This document shows, one piece after another, positions 9,647-19,023 of a DNA stretch of 64,000 nt. Within the stretch, counting starts at the first letter, position 1. The number at the start of each line of letters is the position of its first letter. Below the pieces are notes generated by a model, which was not told where the DNA came from, did not search any database, and saw nothing but the letters and a program-made list of their open reading frames with translations. The translations under genes were made by a program, and so were the position numbers. The DNA comes from Planctomycetota bacterium (lineage in GTDB: Bacteria > Planctomycetota > UBA1135 > UBA2386): contig JBKAGP010000001.1 in the NCBI GenBank assembly GCA_046290465.1, positions 5,504,001-5,568,000 of the forward strand, in the 5' to 3' direction.

Positions 9647-12496
9647 ATGATCTCCACCTTCTCCCGCGCCGCGATCCTCGCGTGTGCCGTGGCCGTCTCG
9701 GTGTCTGCGCAGGATCCTGCCAGGCATGCCAGCGGCAGTCTCCTGCTCCGATTCGCCTCGTTCGACCCGACCGTCAGCGCCCCCGAGCTGCCGGCCGGCC
9801 TCGCCAGCACCGCATCCCAGCGTCTGCAGATCGTGCAGTTCGCCGGGATCCCGACCCAGAACGGGCGCGATGCCATCGCCGCCGCCGGCGGCCAGATCGT
9901 CAGCTACCTGCCGGAGAACGCCTACGTGGTGCGCATCGATCCGGCCAGCGTCGCGGCCCTGCGCGCCGTCGACACCGTGCGCTGGGTCGGCTCCTACGAG
10001 CCGGCCTACCGCGTCGACCCGGCGCTGATCGTCGCCAACGCGTTCGCCGATGCGACGCCGGTCCGCTACGACATCGTGGTCGCCGACAAGCACGCCGACA
10101 AGCCGTCGCTGCGCCGCGCCATCGTGGCGATCGGTGGCGTCGTCGACGACCTGCACCACGGCGGCCTGCTGATGACCGCGACGCTGACCGGGCCGCAGCT
10201 GCTGCAGACGCTGTCGTTCGACCAGGTGCTGTGGATCAACGCCTGGTCCGCGCCGCAGGAGGACATGGACAACGCCCGCATCCAGGGCGGCGGCAACTAC
10301 GTCGAGAACCAGACCGGCTACACCGGTGTCGGCGTCAACGCCCACATCTACGAGGGCATCGAGGCCACGCACCCGGACTTCACCGGTGGCGCGACCAACG
10401 TGCGCAGCAGCGGCAACGCGCAGACGCACGGCCACTGCACCGGCGGCATCGTGTTCGGCAACGGCACGTCCAACCCGGCGGTGCGCGGCATGGCGCCGGA
10501 CGCGGGCAAGTTCTACACCAACTACGGTTCGGTGCAGGGCTCGCGCTGGCAGGTCGTGTCGGACCTGGTCAACATCCACGACGTCAGCCACACGACGGCG
10601 TCGTGGGGCGGCAGCCGCACGTTCTTCTACAACGCGACGTCGGCCGATTCGGACGACCTCGTGTTCGACCACGACATCGCCTGGACCCAGAGCCAGTCGA
10701 ACGCCGGCAACCAGGATTCGCGTCCCGAAGCCTGGGCCAAGAACATCTTCTCGATCGGCGGCGTCAACCACAACAACGACAGCAACCCCAACAACGACTC
10801 GTGGCAGGGCGGCGGCGCGTCGATCGGCCCGGCGTCCGACGGCCGCATCAAGCCGACGCTGTGCGCCTACTACGAGAACATCGGCACGTCGGACCGCAGC
10901 GGCAGCTCGGGCTACTCGAACCAGAACTGGTACTCGAACTTCGGCGGCACGTCGGGCGCGACGCCGATCGTCGCCGGCCACAACGTGATCGCGATCGAGA
11001 TGTTCACGGACGAGGTCGTGCCCGGCTTCGGTCCGTTCGGCAACCAGCTGCGGGTGCCCGGCGGCTCGTCGCACGAGAACCGTCCGCACTTCCCGACGCT
11101 CAAGGCGCTGCAGGTCGTCAGCGCGGCCCAGTACGCGTTTACCGGGGCGAGCAGCGACAACCGTCGCGAGCACCAGGGCTGGGGCTTCCCGGACCTGCGC
11201 AAGATGTGGGACCTGCGCGGCAAGACCTACATCATCGACGAGACCGACGTGCTGACGCAGGGCTCGGCGCGCTCGCACCCAATCACCGTCGCCGCCGGCG
11301 AACCGGCGCTGAAGGTCTGCCTCAACTGGAACGAGCCGGGCGCCAACCCGGCGTCGGCGCAGCACCTGATCAACAACCTGTCGCTCAAGGTCACGGCGCC
11401 GAACGGCACGATCTACTGGGGCAACCACAACCTCGAGAACGGCGTCTGGTCGGTTCCCGGGGGCAGTGAGGACACGGTCAACTCGCTCGAGTGCGTGTTC
11501 GTGCAGAACCCGCAGGCCGGCACCTGGAACGTCGAGGTCCTGGCGACCGCGATCGTGCAGGACAACCACGTCGAGACGCCGGCGGTCGACGCCGACTACG
11601 GCCTGGTGGTCACCGGCGGCACCGGGTCGAACATCATCTTTGCCAACTTCGCGACGTTCGGCACCGGCTGCAACGGCTCGGTGCCGGTGCCGGCTCCGCC
11701 GTGCAACGAGTGGAACCCGGGCGGCGGCGTGCTGACCAGCAGCACGACGACCGACGAGGTCATCTACCGCATCGGCATCAGCGGCACCGAGCAGATCCAG
11801 AGCTTCGAACTGCTGACGGCTTCGGTCGGTGGTGGGGTCGTGACGGTGCCGGCGCGCCTCTACATCGGCGGCACGCCCGGCCCGACGCCGGTCGCGACGA
11901 CGACGATGACGGTCGGCGGCACGCCCGGCTTCTACACCGCGACGTTCAACACGCCGGTGACGGTGTCGAACGCGTGCTACATCGGCATCGATACGTCGGC
12001 GCTCGACGTCTACCTGTCGGAGATCCAGTTCGGTTCGTTCAACGTCGCCTACTCGCGGCCGAACGCGGCTTCGCCGTGGACGCTGCAGGTGATCCGGCCG
12101 GCCTACGTCGTCAACTGCGTGCCGGACTACCAGGTCCCGTCGCTCGGCAACACCGGTCGTCCGGTGGTGGGCACGACCTTCGACGTCGACCTGTCCGACG
12201 CGCTGCCGTCGACGTTTGCGGTGCTGGTGCAGGGCCTGTCCGACCAGACGTTCCCCGGCGGCACGCTGCCGGCCACGCTGCCCGGCACCCAGGGCTGCGA
12301 CATCCTGGTCTCGCCCGAGGTGACCGACGCGATCGTGACCGACGCACAGGGTGCCGGCAGCCAGACGATCTCGGTGCCCAACTCGAGCGCTCTGGAAGGG
12401 CTCGACGTGTTCTACCAGTGGGTGGTGCTCGACGCGCAGGCGAACGGCATCGGCCTGGTGACGTCGAACGGAGGCAAGGCGTTGCTGGGGCAGTAA
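9647..12496 (+). CDS. Secreted S8 (subtilase) serine peptidase with shared C-terminal domain
   Basis: Signal peptide ending VSAQ; THGHCTGG (His), GPASDGRIKP, FGGTSGATPIVAG (Ser), QGWGFP. Confidence 0.88.
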   Translation: MISTFSRAAILACAVAVSVSAQDPARHASGSLLLRFASFDPTVSAPELPAGLASTASQRLQIVQFAGIPTQNGRDAIAAAGGQIVSYLPENAYVVRIDPASVAALRAVDTVRWVGSYEPAYRVDPALIVANAFADATPVRYDIVVADKHADKPSLRRAIVAIGGVVDDLHHGGLLMTATLTGPQLLQTLSFDQVLWINAWSAPQEDMDNARIQGGGNYVENQTGYTGVGVNAHIYEGIEATHPDFTGGATNVRSSGNAQTHGHCTGGIVFGNGTSNPAVRGMAPDAGKFYTNYGSVQGSRWQVVSDLVNIHDVSHTTASWGGSRTFFYNATSADSDDLVFDHDIAWTQSQSNAGNQDSRPEAWAKNIFSIGGVNHNNDSNPNNDSWQGGGASIGPASDGRIKPTLCAYYENIGTSDRSGSSGYSNQNWYSNFGGTSGATPIVAGHNVIAIEMFTDEVVPGFGPFGNQLRVPGGSSHENRPHFPTLKALQVVSAAQYAFTGASSDNRREHQGWGFPDLRKMWDLRGKTYIIDETDVLTQGSARSHPITVAAGEPALKVCLNWNEPGANPASAQHLINNLSLKVTAPNGTIYWGNHNLENGVWSVPGGSEDTVNSLECVFVQNPQAGTWNVEVLATAIVQDNHVETPAVDADYGLVVTGGTGSNIIFANFATFGTGCNGSVPVPAPPCNEWNPGGGVLTSSTTTDEVIYRIGISGTEQIQSFELLTASVGGGVVTVPARLYIGGTPGPTPVATTTMTVGGTPGFYTATFNTPVTVSNACYIGIDTSALDVYLSEIQFGSFNVAYSRPNAASPWTLQVIRPAYVVNCVPDYQVPSLGNTGRPVVGTTFDVDLSDALPSTFAVLVQGLSDQTFPGGTLPATLPGTQGCDILVSPEVTDAIVTDAQGAGSQTISVPNSSALEGLDVFYQWVVLDAQANGIGLVTSNGGKALLGQ

Positions 12497-12650
12497 CCGC
12501 GCGCGCGAAGCGCGCGCGGAGCGCGAAAGCGCGCGCAAAGCGCGCGCGTCAGCGCTGGCCTCACCTCCCCAACCGCGCACCCAAAGCGCGCGCAAGCGCG
12601 CGCGTCAGCGCCACCCCCACACCCCACACCCCACACCTCCCACACACTCC
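12497..12650. repeat. Low-complexity intergenic tract: (CG)n runs, ~29-bp direct repeat and C-rich tract
   Basis: aaagcgcgcgcaaagcgcgcgcgtcagcgc (12526-12555) recurs at 12583-12611, followed by ccacccccacaccccacaccccacacctccc. Confidence 0.8.
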
Positions 12651-13631
12651 CTACCCCTTCCCAACCCGCCCCACCAACTCCCGCACCTCCCGCGCCGGAA
12701 TCGCCAACGTCTCGATCCGCCCCGCACGCGCGACGTTCACCCCGACACACCGACCATCCAGCCCGATCACCGGGCCGCCGCAGTCCTCCGGCTTCAGCAC
12801 CGTGTCGTGCTGCAACACCCGCTGAAAGCCGCTGCGCACCTCGCTCAGCTCGCCCCAGACGCTCTCCTGGTTGCTTCGCATCGGGCTCGAGTTGGTGCCG
12901 AGTTCGACCTGGAACGTGACGCGCTCGGCGTCGCGCAGCACGACGACCTCGATCTTGTCACCGGGCTTCTGCCGGCGGATCGCAGCGCGCAGCGCGTCGG
13001 TGTCGTCGATCTCCTCGCCGTCGAACGCGACCACGACGTCACCGCCGCGGATGCCGGCCGCCTTCGCGGCGCCGTGGGCGACGGCCTCGTCGATCTTGGC
13101 GATGCCACCGTTGGGGTTGGCGAAGCGGATGCCCAGGAACGCCCGCGGCCGCGTGTGCACGTACGGTGCCGCAGCCAGGATGCCGACGCCGAACGGCTTG
13201 TCGCTGCCGTCGACGCTGGCCAGGAATGCGCCGGGCTTCGGCTCCTGCTCGGCCCACTGCACCGGCACCAGCTTCGCGCCTTCGACGCGCAGCAGCGCCA
13301 GGTCCGACGGTCGGTCGAAGGCGACCTGCACGCACGGCCACGACGCGTCGCCCTGGTCGATTGACAGTTCGACCGGTTGGCCGGCCTTGGCGGTGCGCGA
13401 CGTCAGTTCGCTGAGCTTGGTGACCACCAGGTCCTTGCCGACGACGGTGCCGAGCACCATCGCGCGCTCGTCGACGCAGACCTCGACGACGCTGCGGTTG
13501 GCGGTCGCGACGACCGGCTTCCACAGCTTGCGCACGGCATCGCCCTGGCTGAGGCTGCGCATGCTCTGCGCGGGCAGCGCGAGCGGGAGCGCCGCGACCA
13601 GCGCGGCGGCGGAGAGGGCGCGGGGGTTCAT
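12651..13631 (-). CDS. PDZ-containing trypsin-like protein, probably catalytically degenerate
   Basis: AFLGIRF PDZ; VTKLSE in place of TxxH; QHDTVLKPEDCGGP in place of GDSGGP. Confidence 0.8.
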   Translation of the reverse strand: MNPRALSAAALVAALPLALPAQSMRSLSQGDAVRKLWKPVVATANRSVVEVCVDERAMVLGTVVGKDLVVTKLSELTSRTAKAGQPVELSIDQGDASWPCVQVAFDRPSDLALLRVEGAKLVPVQWAEQEPKPGAFLASVDGSDKPFGVGILAAAPYVHTRPRAFLGIRFANPNGGIAKIDEAVAHGAAKAAGIRGGDVVVAFDGEEIDDTDALRAAIRRQKPGDKIEVVVLRDAERVTFQVELGTNSSPMRSNQESVWGELSEVRSGFQRVLQHDTVLKPEDCGGPVIGLDGRCVGVNVARAGRIETLAIPAREVRELVGRVGKG

Positions 13632-14656
13632 CGGCGGGCTCCTTGCACGATCGGCAGTTCCAGTTCGACGCCCTTGCCGTCGCGTTCGACGACGACCTGC
13701 ACGCGGTCGCCGATGCGGAAGTCGCGCAGGATGCGCAGCACGTCGCGACGCGACTCGATCTCGGTGCCGTCGATCTCGAACAGGCGGTCGCCCTGCTGCA
13801 GGCCCGCCTTGGCGGCGTCCCCGTCCTCGGGCACCTCACCGAACACCGGGCAGCCGTCGCCGTAGGTCAACGGCACGCCGAAGTCGGGTCGGCTGCGGCC
13901 GCGGCGGCGGCGCGCCTCGGTGACCTTGCCCTCCTGCAGTTGCTGCCACTCGGCGACCAGCGCGTCGACCGGGGCGTGCATGTTCATCGCGAGGTTGCCG
14001 TTGATGCGGCTGTTGATGCCGACGACCCGACCCTGCATGTCGAACAGCGGTCCACCCGAGTCGCCGCCCTGCATCGTGCAGTCGGTGACCAGGTAGCCGT
14101 TCTCGGGCACGCGCAGCACGCGGCCGAGGCGCGCGGGGGCGGTGCGGCCCGGCTTGCGGCCGCTCGGGTGGCCGAGCATCAGCACCCACTGGCCGCGCTT
14201 CAGCTCCGACGACCTGCCGATCTCGGCTGCGGCGTGCTGGCCCTCGGTGTCGATGCGCACGAGGCTGACGTCGCTCTGGTGGTTGGCGCCGAGCGACGTG
14301 CCCTTCAGGCGCTTGCCATCGGTCAGCCGGATGTCGACCTCCTTGTCGGCGGTCAGCGTCACGTGCGCCGCGCACAGCAAGAACGGCTTGCCGTCGCGTT
14401 GCACCAGCACGCCGCTGGCGCCGGGCAGCGCGACCGTTGCGGGCAGCACACGCTGGATCAGCTTCTGCACGTGGTCCTGCATCGCCCGCAGCTCGGCCAG
14501 GCTGGCCGGGTCGTCACCGGCGAAGATCTCGGCGAGGCGCTCGGCGGAGACCGTGGTCTCGGCCGGGCCGGTCGATACGGGCGGGGGAGTCTGGCGCTGC
14601 GCGGCGAGCGCGGTCGCCATGGCCATTGCGGCGGCGACGAAAACGGTTCGGCTCAT
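13628..14656 (-). CDS. S1C/HtrA-like serine protease with PDZ domain
   Basis: ATG 14656 (MSRTVFVAAAMAMATALAAQ); CAAHV, SDVSL, GGDSGGPLFD triad. Confidence 0.88.
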   Translation of the reverse strand: MSRTVFVAAAMAMATALAAQRQTPPPVSTGPAETTVSAERLAEIFAGDDPASLAELRAMQDHVQKLIQRVLPATVALPGASGVLVQRDGKPFLLCAAHVTLTADKEVDIRLTDGKRLKGTSLGANHQSDVSLVRIDTEGQHAAAEIGRSSELKRGQWVLMLGHPSGRKPGRTAPARLGRVLRVPENGYLVTDCTMQGGDSGGPLFDMQGRVVGINSRINGNLAMNMHAPVDALVAEWQQLQEGKVTEARRRRGRSRPDFGVPLTYGDGCPVFGEVPEDGDAAKAGLQQGDRLFEIDGTEIESRRDVLRILRDFRIGDRVQVVVERDGKGVELELPIVQGARR

Positions 14657-14848
14657 TGCAGATCTGAGGCTAGCGGAACGGGGCGGTCGGAAACGGGCCG
14701 TGGGACGGCAGATACACAAGCGCAACGAAAACGGGGTGACGGCCGGGGGCGTTTTCCGCCTCTGGGGGTGTCGCCGGACTGCCGGCGGCAGGCGCGCCCG
14801 GTCGGGCCGCGCCCTTCGTGTAACCCCGCAGCGAATCCCCAGATACCC

Positions 14849-16678
14849 ATGCTTCGTACCCTGCCCCTGTTCGGCGCGGCCTGCCTGTTGGCCGCCCACG
14901 CGAGCGCCCAGTGCTTCTCGGCCTCCGGCACGTCGATCGCCGGCCAGATGACGGCGACCACCATCTACACGGTCGATGACGAGGGCATCAGCCCCGACCT
15001 CGCGTTCGGCTTCCCGTTCCCGCTCGACGGCACCAACTGGACGCACTTCGTGGTCTCGTCCAACGGCGAGATCTACCTGACCGACGGCACCGGCGCGGTC
15101 GGCTCCGTGCTCTACGGCGTCACCAACGTCAACGCCCTGCGCGGCGTCGCCGGCGACTCCCCGCGCATCTGCGGGTTTGCCGGGGACCTGACCGCGGTGC
15201 CGAACCTCGCCAGCTGGGACGTGCTGGTCGACTCGAGCGTCGCCGGCGAGGTCAAGGTGACCTGGGTCGGGGTGCGCCACTACCTCGGCGGCGAGGACTG
15301 GAACATGAGCGTCAAGATGAACGCCGCCGGCATCGTCGAGTTCGACTACGAAGGCAACTTCGGCACGCCGGGCATCTTCGACATCACCGGCATCTCGGCC
15401 GGCGACGGCGTCGGTGCCGCGACGACCCCGTCGAGCGACCTCGACCAGGGCGCCGACTCCGGCACGCTGGCGCTGCTCTACGAAACCGGCTGGGCCAACG
15501 GCTTCGACCTCAACGGCAAGGGGCTGACGATCATCCCCAACGGCCAGGGCGGCTTCACCAGCCTGCTGACCTGCGGCAGTGCCCGGCACGACAGCGTCGG
15601 CGCCGGTTGCTACGACGTCGGCCGGGCTTCGTTCTACCAGTGGTTCACCGACGCGGGCGTCGCCTCGGCGACCCTGACCGGCAACGCGATCAACCTGGCG
15701 CCGACCGGCGACGGCTACCTCGCCAGCTGGCTGCCCGGCATCGCGCAGGCGCTCTACGTGCCGCCGAGCGCGAACGCGACCAACCTGCCGGTGCTCAACG
15801 ACGACGAAGTGACGTTCACGCCGGCGACCGGCTTCCCGATCCCGGGCGGCACCGTCAACGAGCTGACCGTGCAGGGCAACGGCATCGTCGCGTTCGGCGC
15901 CGGTCCGACCGAGCCGACCGTCGACAACTGGATCCCGTCGCCGGAGCGCATGCTCGACGCCTACCACGGCGGCGTCTACTTCTGGCACGCCTACAACGAG
16001 GAGGAGAACGGGGACGTCTGGGCCGAGGAGCTCAACGGCACGATCTACATCACCTTCCAGGACGTCGAGAACTTCCCGCTGGGCGTGGCCAACCCGAGCA
16101 CCTGGCAGCTGCAGATCAACCAGGCGACGGGCGACATGTTCCTGCTGTTCGTCAGCATCGACTCGGACAACAACCCGATCTTCGGCATCTACCCGCAGGA
16201 CCACCTGATCGGCTTCACGCCCCCGGGCGCGTCGGTCGATCCGGGCCCCGTGGACCTCGCGACCGGCCTGCCGGTGGTGACGTCGCCCGACGTGTTCGCG
16301 CTGGCGATGAGCGCCTCGCCGGCCCCGATCAGCACCACGTCGACCGGCTCGACGGTCGACTACACGGTCGCCAACTCGCAGGAGATCACGCCCAGCGGTG
16401 GCATCGCCGCCGGCATCGTCGCCCTGAGCCTGACCTCGGGCAACCTCGACCTGACCGGGGTCGGCGCGCCGGGTTGCTTCGCCTACGTCGGCGGCCTCGA
16501 CCTGACGCTGCCGTTCGTCGGTCCGGTTGGCCAGCCGCACACGGCGTCGCTGCAGCTGCCGCCGGGCCTGCCGCAAGGCCTGATGATCTACGCCCAGGCC
16601 GCGTGCCTGTCGGATGGCGTCAACGCGTTCGGGATCCTGACCTCGAACGGCATCGAGAGCCGCGTCGGCCCGAACTGA
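14849..16678 (+). CDS. Secreted protein with two nidogen/NIDO-like repeats and shared C-terminal domain
   Basis: Signal ending ASAQ; DDEGISPDLAFGFPFPLDG..VSSNGEIYL and DDEVTF..GFPIPGG..VQGNGIVAF; ends NAFGILTSNGIESRVGPN. Confidence 0.7.
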   Translation: MLRTLPLFGAACLLAAHASAQCFSASGTSIAGQMTATTIYTVDDEGISPDLAFGFPFPLDGTNWTHFVVSSNGEIYLTDGTGAVGSVLYGVTNVNALRGVAGDSPRICGFAGDLTAVPNLASWDVLVDSSVAGEVKVTWVGVRHYLGGEDWNMSVKMNAAGIVEFDYEGNFGTPGIFDITGISAGDGVGAATTPSSDLDQGADSGTLALLYETGWANGFDLNGKGLTIIPNGQGGFTSLLTCGSARHDSVGAGCYDVGRASFYQWFTDAGVASATLTGNAINLAPTGDGYLASWLPGIAQALYVPPSANATNLPVLNDDEVTFTPATGFPIPGGTVNELTVQGNGIVAFGAGPTEPTVDNWIPSPERMLDAYHGGVYFWHAYNEEENGDVWAEELNGTIYITFQDVENFPLGVANPSTWQLQINQATGDMFLLFVSIDSDNNPIFGIYPQDHLIGFTPPGASVDPGPVDLATGLPVVTSPDVFALAMSASPAPISTTSTGSTVDYTVANSQEITPSGGIAAGIVALSLTSGNLDLTGVGAPGCFAYVGGLDLTLPFVGPVGQPHTASLQLPPGLPQGLMIYAQAACLSDGVNAFGILTSNGIESRVGPN

Positions 16679-16751
16679 TCGGCTGACCAAGGGCGATGCG
16701 ATCGGGGCGCGCAGCCCCGCTCGCGTTGCGCTGGCCCGCCCGCGTTGCGCG

Positions 16752-18488
16752 CTACTGCACGACGTTGAAGGCCTGGTGCGTCGACAGGCGCGCCACGCCG
16801 AGCGAGGCGCTCGAGCCGACCGCCTGCACGAACAGGCGCACGCCGACGAACGGCAGGATGTTCGGCAGCGAGTAGGGCAGCTGCGCGTCACCGTTGGCAT
16901 CGAGCGTGCTCATGCCGAGGTAGACCATGTTGCTCTGGTCGATGCGCAGGTCGCCGTGCGGCGGCATCGGGCTCGGCACCACCAGTTCGGTCGGCGACGC
17001 GAACACGCACAGCGTCTCGTTGGGCTGCCACTGGAAGTCGAGTTCGCCGCTGCTGCCGATGCGGAACTCCTGCTCGTCGTCCGAGATCATCGCGACCGGC
17101 ACGGCCAGCGTCGGCTCCTTGTCGCTCGCGTCCGGGATGCCGTCGCCGTCGTAGTCGCCGGTGTAGGAGATCACCGTCATCATGCCGCGCATCATGTGGT
17201 GCATCTCGTGGCAGTGGTACAGCCACGTGCCCGGGTTGTCGGCGTGCCACTGGCACGACCAGGTATCGCCCGGTTGGCCCGCCGGCATGATCAGGATCGT
17301 GTCCATGATCGGCGGGTGGGTGGTGCCGCCGGCCGTGCCCATCAGCTGGACGAAGTGGCCGTGCATGTGCATCGGGTGCACGTGCGTGGGCGACGGCGTC
17401 GTGGTGGTCAGATCGAACTGGATGATCTCGTCGAAGGCGACGCTGGTCGGAGTGACGTTGGGCCACGCCTCGTTGTTGATCGTCCAGGTGCCGCCGCCGG
17501 GGCCCGGCTGCACGGCGAGCGCCATCGGGTAGGTGCGATCCGGCGTGGCGGTGATCGGGTGCGTCGCCGGCCAGAAGCTCGCCAGCTGCGCGTAGCTGAG
17601 CAGGGCACCGCTCGACAGGTTGGTGGGCACGAACGACGGCGACGGGTCGGCGCCGGTCTGGCCCTGGTAGCGAACGACGCCCCGCACCACCGTGGCGCTG
17701 CGGTTCTGCAGCGCGGCGACGGCCAGGCTCCAGACGCCGGGGTTGTTGCAGTCGACGAGCACGTCGTAGCGTTCGCCGATGCCGACCGGGATCGCGTCGG
17801 TCACGACCGGCTGCACGCGGTTGCCGTCCTTGTGGGTGACGGTCATCGGGTGGCCGTCGAGCGCGACGACGTAGTTGGTGCGCGCCGCCATGTTGGAGAA
17901 CCGCAGCCGCAGCTGGTTGCCCTGTGCGACCGTGATCGCCGACTGGCCGTCACTGGTCTTGCCGTTGAGCAGGTGGCCGAAGAACGTGCCGCCGGTCACC
18001 TGCGCGTTCCAGTCGTCGAGCGCGATCACCTGGTCGATGTCGGACGCCGGGTCGTTGGCCGGATTGGCGGGGTCGACGATCAGCACGCCGTACATGCCGG
18101 CGTCGAGCTGGTGGTGGTTGTCGCTGTGCGGGTGGAACCAGTAGGTGCCGGGCGCGAGGTTGTCGAGTTCGTAGGTGAACTCCTGGCCGGGCGGCGTCTC
18201 CGGACGCGAGATGCGCTGGGTGCCGTCCATGCCGAGTCGCATCGGCTGGCCGTGCACGTGCAGGATGGTCGTCTCGTCGAGTCGGTTGACCAGCCGGATG
18301 CGCAGGGTGTCGCCTTCGGTGGCCCGGACGACCGGACCGGGCAGGATGCCGTTGTAGAGCATCGCCGGCTCGCTGGTGTAGCCGGGGCCGAGGTCGACCG
18401 TGCCTTCGTCGGCGACGATCGTGGTGTCGATGATGTTCTGAGCGGGCAGCGCGGCGGCGAGCAGCGCGAGCAGGGGGGTGCGGTACAT
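16752..18488 (-). CDS. Secreted multicopper oxidase with shared-type C-terminal domain
   Basis: HVHG, WFHPH, HPMHMHGH, HCHEMHHMMRGMM copper motifs; start ATG 18488 (MYRTPLL). Confidence 0.92.
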   Translation of the reverse strand: MYRTPLLALLAAALPAQNIIDTTIVADEGTVDLGPGYTSEPAMLYNGILPGPVVRATEGDTLRIRLVNRLDETTILHVHGQPMRLGMDGTQRISRPETPPGQEFTYELDNLAPGTYWFHPHSDNHHQLDAGMYGVLIVDPANPANDPASDIDQVIALDDWNAQVTGGTFFGHLLNGKTSDGQSAITVAQGNQLRLRFSNMAARTNYVVALDGHPMTVTHKDGNRVQPVVTDAIPVGIGERYDVLVDCNNPGVWSLAVAALQNRSATVVRGVVRYQGQTGADPSPSFVPTNLSSGALLSYAQLASFWPATHPITATPDRTYPMALAVQPGPGGGTWTINNEAWPNVTPTSVAFDEIIQFDLTTTTPSPTHVHPMHMHGHFVQLMGTAGGTTHPPIMDTILIMPAGQPGDTWSCQWHADNPGTWLYHCHEMHHMMRGMMTVISYTGDYDGDGIPDASDKEPTLAVPVAMISDDEQEFRIGSSGELDFQWQPNETLCVFASPTELVVPSPMPPHGDLRIDQSNMVYLGMSTLDANGDAQLPYSLPNILPFVGVRLFVQAVGSSASLGVARLSTHQAFNVVQ

Positions 18489-18636
18489 GAAGGGTCGTGC
18501 GTTGGATGCAGGGAGCGCCGAGCAGGATAACCCACGAACGGTCCGCATCGTTTCGTTCGACCTCACGCGAACGTCACCCCACTGCCATCGGCGTCATCGC
18601 GCCGGCCCGATGGTGCGCGAGGGGGTGACCGGCCAC

Positions 18637-18990
18637 CTACGCGGGGTCCACGAACACGTCGTCGATGGTTGCGGCATCGAGCAGCCGTTCGCCGATGCAG
18701 TCGAGCGCGTCCAGGTCCGCGGCGAGCACGCGACGTTCGGTCTCGGTCGTGACCGCATCGCCGAAGCGCTTGCGGAGCTGGCGGAGCAGCAGTGCGACCC
18801 GGCCTGCGGCGTAGCCTTCTGCCTTGCCCTCTGCCTTACCCTGGCGGATCCCCTTCTGGAACGTGCGTTCGAGCGTGCTCATGATCGTGGCGTCGTTGCG
18901 TTGCAGGATGCGGCAGAAGGTCTCGCTCAGGGCCAGGCTGTCGACGTCGGTGACCGCGAGAGCATACCAGCCGACCGCGTAGGCGCCGTC
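18637..18990 (-). pseudogene. C-terminal remnant of an Rpn/YhgA-like (DUF4351) protein; possible 81-aa small ORF from ATG 18882
   Basis: MSTLERTFQKGIRQGKAEGKAEG...LLLRQLRKRFG...LDCIGERLLDAATIDDVF; no room for the nuclease domain before the divergent pip gene. Confidence 0.7.
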
Positions 18991-19023
18991 GCCATCGCCC
19001 GCGGCTCGCCGTAGTCTGCACGC

